Shown in pieces: positions 45,495 to 47,224 of a stretch of 47,224 bases of DNA (position 1 is the first letter of the stretch; each line of letters opens with the position of its first letter). The notes below the pieces were generated by a model that saw only the letters and a list, made by a program, of their open reading frames with translations, did no database searches and was not told the DNA's origin. The translations under genes and the position numbers were made by a program. The stretch spans positions 1 through 47,224 of the forward strand of contig JAUIKS010000008.1 of the NCBI GenBank assembly GCA_030430565.1. Reading direction: 5' to 3'. This DNA is from Polyangia bacterium (GTDB lineage: Bacteria > Myxococcota_A > Polyangia > Nannocystales > Nannocystaceae).

Positions 45495-47224
45495 TCACGC
45501 GCTCGATGACCGCGGCGCGTCACGGTCGGCCCCGCGCGGCAGCCAGACCCGGAACTCGGATCCGCGGCCGGGCTCGCTCTCGACCTCGATGACCCCGCCC
45601 AGCAGCTCGCAGAAGCGACGCGCGACCGCCAGGCTCACGCCTGTCCCTTCGAACTGACGCGTCGACGAGTCGTCCTCCTGCGTGAACATCTCGAAGATCG
45701 AGCGCCGCGCGTCCGGGCCGATCCCGATCCCCGAGTCGATGACCTCAAAGCGCACGCCGGCGGTCCCCTCCCGGGCCTCGGCGGACACGCGGACTTGGAT
45801 CTCGCCGCCCGAGGTGAACCGGCAGGCGTTGTCGAGGAGCGTGGTGAGGCAGTAGCGCAGCATCCGCTCGTCGGTCTCGAGGGGGGCCAGCCCCGCCTCG
45901 CACTCGCAGCGGAGCGTGTTGCCGCCGGCGTCCGCGAGCGCCTCAAAGCGCGCGGAGAGCTCGCCGATCAACGGCTCGATCGTGACGGACGCGAGGCGCG
46001 CGGAGATCATGTCGGTCTCGATCCGGGTGAGCTCGAGGATCGAGCTGACGGATCGAAGCAGGCGCACCCCGGCGCTGTGGATGGACCGCAGATCGTGCTC
46101 GACCGAGTCGTAGTGCCCCTCGGCGATGCTGTCGGAGACGAGCTCCGTGTAGCCGAGGATCGCGTTGAGCGGCGTCCGCAGCTCGTGGCTCATGTTCAGG
46201 AGGAAACGGGTCTTGGCGCGATCGGCCGAGAGCGCGGCGAGTCGCGCCTCGTTGAGGTTCTTGTACAGCTGCGCGTTCGTCAGCGAGATCGCGACCTGAT
46301 TGCCGAGCTGCTTGATCAGCGTCAGGCGGCGCGGCGTGAAGGCGCCGCGCGAGAGCGCGTTCTCGAGGTACACGACGCACGCCAGCCGCCCCTGGTGCAG
46401 GATAGGCGTGCACAGCACCGACCGCGGGCGACGCTCGACGATGTACGGGTCGTCGCCGTGGACCGGATCCGCGGGCGCGTCGCTCAGCACGACATCCTCC
46501 TGCAGGCGCGCGGCGAATTGAACGAGGCGCGTCGGCGCCCCCTCAAATTCCTCGAGCGGGACGGCCAGGCCGATCCTCGTCTCGTCGCGCTCGACCGTTG
46601 TCTCGGCCGCCACGAACAGCTCGCCGTCGCGCGCGAGCAGGATGACCCCCCGCCGCGCGCCGGCGTTCTGCACCAGCAGCGTCGACAGCCGCATGAGCAG
46701 CTTGTCGAGCTCGAGCTCCCCCGAGATCGCCTGCGAGGCCCGCATGATCGTGTCGGCGTCGATCAGGAACGAGGAGGTCGCGCGGGTGACCGTGACGGAG
46801 TGGCCGCTCGCGCTCGTGCTCTCAGCGCGCGGCGAGGCCGGCATCAGCGTCCCGAACTCGCGCGCGAGGATCACGACTTTCTCGCGCGCGCCCCACCCTC
46901 GATACGCGTCGAGCGCGTCGGAGAGGTAGTGGCGAGCGAGCGACGCGTGGTCGTCCCCCCGCGTGAGCACGTACCGCAGCGCGCACTCGCAGGCGAGCGC
47001 CTCGACGTTGGGCGCGCTGTGGGTCCGCGCCAGCGTGATCGCCCGGTTGTAGTCCGTCAGCGCGTCGCTCCTCCCCGCGACCCTGCGCAGCTCGGCCCGC
47101 GCGAGCGCGGCGCGGGCGGCGTAGTTCGCCGGCGCGCTGGCGGCCCAGGTCTCGAGCTTCGCTAGCGCGCCTCGGATCGCCTTGACCTGTCCCCGACGCG
47201 CGCGCCCGCGGGAGCGCGCGGCCG
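45495..47224 (-). CDS. GAF-domain sensor histidine kinase, C-terminal part of a larger multidomain sensor (5'-partial; continues beyond the window end)
   Basis: H-box FLLNMSHELRTPLNAILGYTELV. HATPase GTGVSLAVARRFCELLGGVIEVESEPGRGSEFRV. GAF-like segment upstream. The frame stays open to nt 47224 (...TDYNRAITLARTHSAPNVEALACECALRY..ARHYLSDALDAYRGWGA), typical of the TPR/AAA linker of STK-AAA-GAF-HK fusion sensors. Confidence 0.75.
   Translation of the reverse strand, partial: AARSRGRARRGQVKAIRGALAKLETWAASAPANYAARAALARAELRRVAGRSDALTDYNRAITLARTHSAPNVEALACECALRYVLTRGDDHASLARHYLSDALDAYRGWGAREKVVILAREFGTLMPASPRAESTSASGHSVTVTRATSSFLIDADTIMRASQAISGELELDKLLMRLSTLLVQNAGARRGVILLARDGELFVAAETTVERDETRIGLAVPLEEFEGAPTRLVQFAARLQEDVVLSDAPADPVHGDDPYIVERRPRSVLCTPILHQGRLACVVYLENALSRGAFTPRRLTLIKQLGNQVAISLTNAQLYKNLNEARLAALSADRAKTRFLLNMSHELRTPLNAILGYTELVSDSIAEGHYDSVEHDLRSIHSAGVRLLRSVSSILELTRIETDMISARLASVTIEPLIGELSARFEALADAGGNTLRCECEAGLAPLETDERMLRYCLTTLLDNACRFTSGGEIQVRVSAEAREGTAGVRFEVIDSGIGIGPDARRSIFEMFTQEDDSSTRQFEGTGVSLAVARRFCELLGGVIEVESEPGRGSEFRVWLPRGADRDAPRSSSA

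Overview
The window is ~70% GC with uniform composition and looks like a chromosomal, accessory-rich region of a Myxococcales-type deltaproteobacterium. Evidence for that assignment: many lipobox lipoproteins with (DG)n/(TD)n linkers, Myxococcus-type cysteine-rich repeats, MYXO-CTERM-like tails, an FHA-fused enhancer-binding protein, and PSCyt1/DUF1592-type 'planctomycete-style' heme-motif proteins. I can support about 37 CDS from the sequence. Housekeeping-like genes: metG (class I MetRS, HIGH/KISKS motifs), a flavodoxin-like hemG, a FadD-like acyl-CoA synthetase, a BtpA-family TIM barrel, a GST, a polysaccharide deacetylase, a cysteine-dioxygenase-like cupin, and a 5'-truncated spermidine-synthase-like membrane protein. 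The remainder is dominated by secreted lipoproteins (LRR, FG-GAP, YWTD-like and Cys-rich types). I found no rRNA/tRNA, CRISPR array or mobile element. Most notable: (i) a strongly diverged EF-Tu paralog (all three EF-Tu domains, but G1 GHVDHGKT->GDTGAGKT and G4 NKxD->SKLD) directly followed by a membrane-anchored metallophosphoesterase; (ii) a 1267-aa tail-anchored protein with six DUF1508/YegP-like repeats and a huge repeat-encoded disordered region, containing nested tandem DNA repeats and an A10 tract; (iii) an FHA/AAA+/Fis-HTH regulator whose sigma-54 contact motif GAFTGA and Walker-B Asp are lost, tightly linked to an 840-aa polytopic membrane protein; (iv) a perfect sigma-54 -24/-12 consensus upstream of hemG; (v) an AfsA-like double-hotdog protein plus GNAT next to a GAF-histidine-kinase; (vi) recurrent hexanucleotide microsatellites encoding lipoprotein linkers. 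All functional calls rest on motif recognition by eye; no database search was possible.
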